Assembly: GCA_035221665.1 (NCBI GenBank)
Contig: CM069133.1
Span: 138,074,001 to 138,138,000, forward strand
DNA: 64,000 nucleotides
Direction of reading: 5' to 3'
Source: Okamejei kenojei
Taxonomy: Eukaryota
The notes under the pieces were generated by a model. The model was given only the letters and a program-made list of their open reading frames with translations. It ran no database searches and was not told where the DNA came from. The translations under genes were made by a program, and so were the position numbers. Positions 61,609-64,000 of the stretch are shown here, in pieces (positions within the stretch are counted from its first letter, which is position 1; every line of letters begins with the position of its first letter).

Positions 61609-62584
61609 AGTGTTGAATGGATTGAATTTACGACATAAAAAACACAGAGCTTCAAAATCTTCACGTAGTCACTCACGTGACTCCGAAGTAAAATAGTAAG
61701 ATTAAACGAGAACTTACCAGTTTGAAGTTTGATGAGGACGTTTTTTTATGAGGAGTTACGATAAGGGATTACATACCCTCCACTCCCAACCCTCATAAAA
61801 TAAATGATCATCTGGTAGTTCTAGTCTGTTAGCCTTACTATCTTACTCCGGCTATTGGTTCTGTGTTTTTCATGCCGCTGCTTTGAAGTATGTCGATCTT
61901 GCGCCAGGCAGGGCTTCTTCACGTAATCCCTCATCGTAACTCCTCATAAAATAATGATCAAACTTCAAACTGGTAAATTCTCATTTAATCTTACTATTAT
62001 ATGCCACATAGTAAACAAAACTACCAGTTACTATTAGTTTTATTTGGCAGACAACCAGTCATATTTTGCAGTTTTTATTGTCTGTCAAATGATACTTATG
62101 CCCACAAACTACATAACATTTCTTATTTTGGCATTTAAAACAACGGGACATTATAGTTAAATCTGTTGCTGTCAGTAATATGGTTAAAATGATTAGGGAG
62201 GTCTGTAGATGTGATAATGTTGCAAACAATGGTCTGATTGTCAATTCCGATGAATATATTTTGCCCATGCCCATGTCATCAATTGGTAAATTTGGTTGAT
62301 AAACAGTGTCATTTACTTACAGTGGACATTTAATATTTATATGCAATAAATCGGATCAATTAAAAATGAAAATCTCCCGACACTGATGGCAGAGTGAACA
62401 ATTTGACTCAAATAGTGTTTTTTGATCTCTTGAGATTACCAAATAGACCACTAGTAAATATTTAATAGAATAGTCTACTATTCCTTTCTCCAAAATTCAA
62501 ATAATTATTTCAAGTTCTTTCCTTAACATAAGAGGCTTTGTCACATTGGTGCCAATTTTTCAGGAGCTACCTCAGAGAAACTGG

Positions 62585-63130
62585 AGCCACAAGAAGCAGC
62601 AGACGATGGAATCTTGAGCAAGACACAAAAGTGCTGGAGGAACTCAGCAGGTCAGGCAACATCAGTGGAGGGAATGAACAGACGACAGTTTGCGTCTGGA
62701 CAATCCTTCACACTAGGAGTGGTGGGGGGAGGGGGGAGGGGGGGGGGGAAGCTGGAAAAGAGGGGGATAAATGGGGATGTGAAATGAATGTACCAGGGAG
62801 GGGAGGTAAAGTGACTGGGGAGTTGGGAGGTGGTTAGAGAGTGTGTGTGTACCCGGAAGAGGGGGTTGGATGGGTGGGTGTGGGGAAGGGGGGGGAAGGG
62901 GGGGCAAGGGAAAGAAGGTGGTGGGGGGGGTGTTAGGGAGCTAGTTTGATTCCCGACCCAATATGACATCCGTCCATTCCTTCCACAGTTGCTGTCTGGT
63001 GCGCAGAGTGCCTCCAGCACACTGTGTTTTGCTCAAGGACAGTGTGGGAATGGGAAGGGGAGTTAAAATGGTTAGCTCGGAACTTAGTCTGTCCCCTGTA
63101 ATGGAGAAAGATCAAGAGAGGGGGGTGGCA
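62585..63130 (-). mobile_element. PLE terminal region with a G-rich tract and a small inverted terminus
   Basis: GTGCTGGAGGAACTCAGCAGGTCAGGCAAC...GGGAATGGGAAGGGGAGTTAAAATGG. Confidence 0.6.
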
Positions 63131-63611
63131 GAGTTCAAGTGAATCTGAGGTTTTGATTGATTGAAAGATGCAGCACAGAAACAGGTCCTTTAACCCATCA
63201 TGTCCAAGCTGACCATCACTGATTTTCACCATTTCAACTCCCTGCCCATTCCCATACCCACCCTTCTATCCCAGATCCCTTCCATTGCCAGAGTTGATCA
63301 GTAGGACATCCATTGCATCCATTGCCCTGCCTTAGCCCAAAAACATCAGCATTGATTCTGGTGATCAAGTTATCCCCATTGTATTTGTTTTTGCTTCTAT
63401 GGCTTCATCAACAATTCAAGATTTGTACTGCACAGAAGAAGGCCAATTGTTGCATTGTGTCAATGATTTATTAAAATCTTCTAACGGTGAAGATTAGCCA
63501 AGAAGCATTTTTAGGGGGACGTTTAGAAAGCAGTTCTTATAAAAAAAATTAATTGGTGACTCTCTGGAATTGGGGATTGAAATTAATTCAGCAGGACAGA
63601 TATGTCTGAGC

Positions 63612-63720
63612 ATAGACACAAAATGCTGGAGTAACTCAGCGGGCCAGGCAGCATCTCTTGGGAGAAGGAATGGGTGACGTTTTGGGTTCTTCAGACGGGT
63701 CTTAACCCGAAAGGTCACAT
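63612..63720. mobile_element. Left arm and centre of a PLE fold-back, interrupted at 63722
   Basis: ATAGACACAAAATGCTGGAGTAACTCAGCGG...GGGTGACGTTTTGGG..CTTCAGAC GGGTCTTAACCCGAAAGGTCAC. Confidence 0.7.
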
Positions 63721-63721
63721 C

Positions 63722-64000
63722 CAGGGGCGCCGCACGATTGGCAAGTCTGTCTGTTTTTTCATCTTTTAAAATGTTTTTAATGTGTGTTAAAAGATGGTGT
63801 AAATGTTCTCCAGTTTGTTTCATGTGGGAGGAGGCGGAGAGATCCGGGGGAAAGTTTTTTTTCAGCATCTTACCTTGCCAGAGATGCGATTATTTTCCAG
63901 ATGGTATCTCCCGTCGCTCTGCGTCCTAACTTTGATGGAGCTGGCGGCCTCCTCGGACTGACCTTGAGCCCCACCGCGGGGTGTGGGCTTAATATCATCC
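63722..64000 (+). mobile_element. 5' part of a GC-rich non-autonomous element related to 36850-37765
   Basis: GGGGCGCCGCACG..., CTTACCTTGCCAGAGATGCGATT..TTCC matches the reverse complement of ~37575-37605. Confidence 0.5.

Larger units (their letters stand above)
57497..61998 (+). mobile_element. DIRS1-type tyrosine-recombinase retrotransposon, copy 2
   Basis: ITRs at 57522-57557 and 61890-61925; ICR 61658-61772; gag, RT, RNase H, methyltransferase-like and YR domains in order. Confidence 0.95.

Noticed and set aside
24816-61998. Inversion of the 28 kb between the two oppositely oriented DIRS copies
   Set aside because: Both flanks of copy 1 rejoin as one colinear CR1, so no exchange of flanks has occurred.
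1-64000. CRISPR arrays, prokaryotic operons or endogenous viral genes
   Set aside because: No repeat-spacer array or such genes seen; the recombinase and methyltransferase motifs belong to DIRS.

Overview
Eukaryotic, repeat-dense, mostly non-coding window (intronic or intergenic). The repeat families point to a cartilaginous fish, probably a skate or ray (inference). They include young CR1 LINE 3' ends, tRNA-derived HE1-like SINEs, Rex1-clade LINEs, Penelope-like elements (PLEs), an L1/Tx1 fragment and Harbinger MITEs. No intact host CDS was recognised, and almost all track ORFs are transposon fragments or spurious. Highlights: (1) two diverged, near full-length copies of one DIRS1-type tyrosine-recombinase retrotransposon (24816-29460 minus; 57497-61998 plus), with readable ITRs, internal complementary region (ICR) and circle junction, and a shared TAAAAT crossover core at the target; (2) a 5' U2 snRNA fragment inserted in the RNase H region of copy 1, at the same site where copy 2 has a poly-G expansion; (3) about 15 minimal hammerhead-ribozyme-like motifs in PLE termini, several in ~200-bp fold-back mini-elements; (4) a four-element nest (SINE, Rex1, L1, MITE); (5) a candidate 9-nt microexon inside a palindromic, two-strand splice donor, a candidate 88-nt exon, and several CNE-like unique islands. 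All calls are by eye with no database search, and the boundaries of old repeats are approximate.
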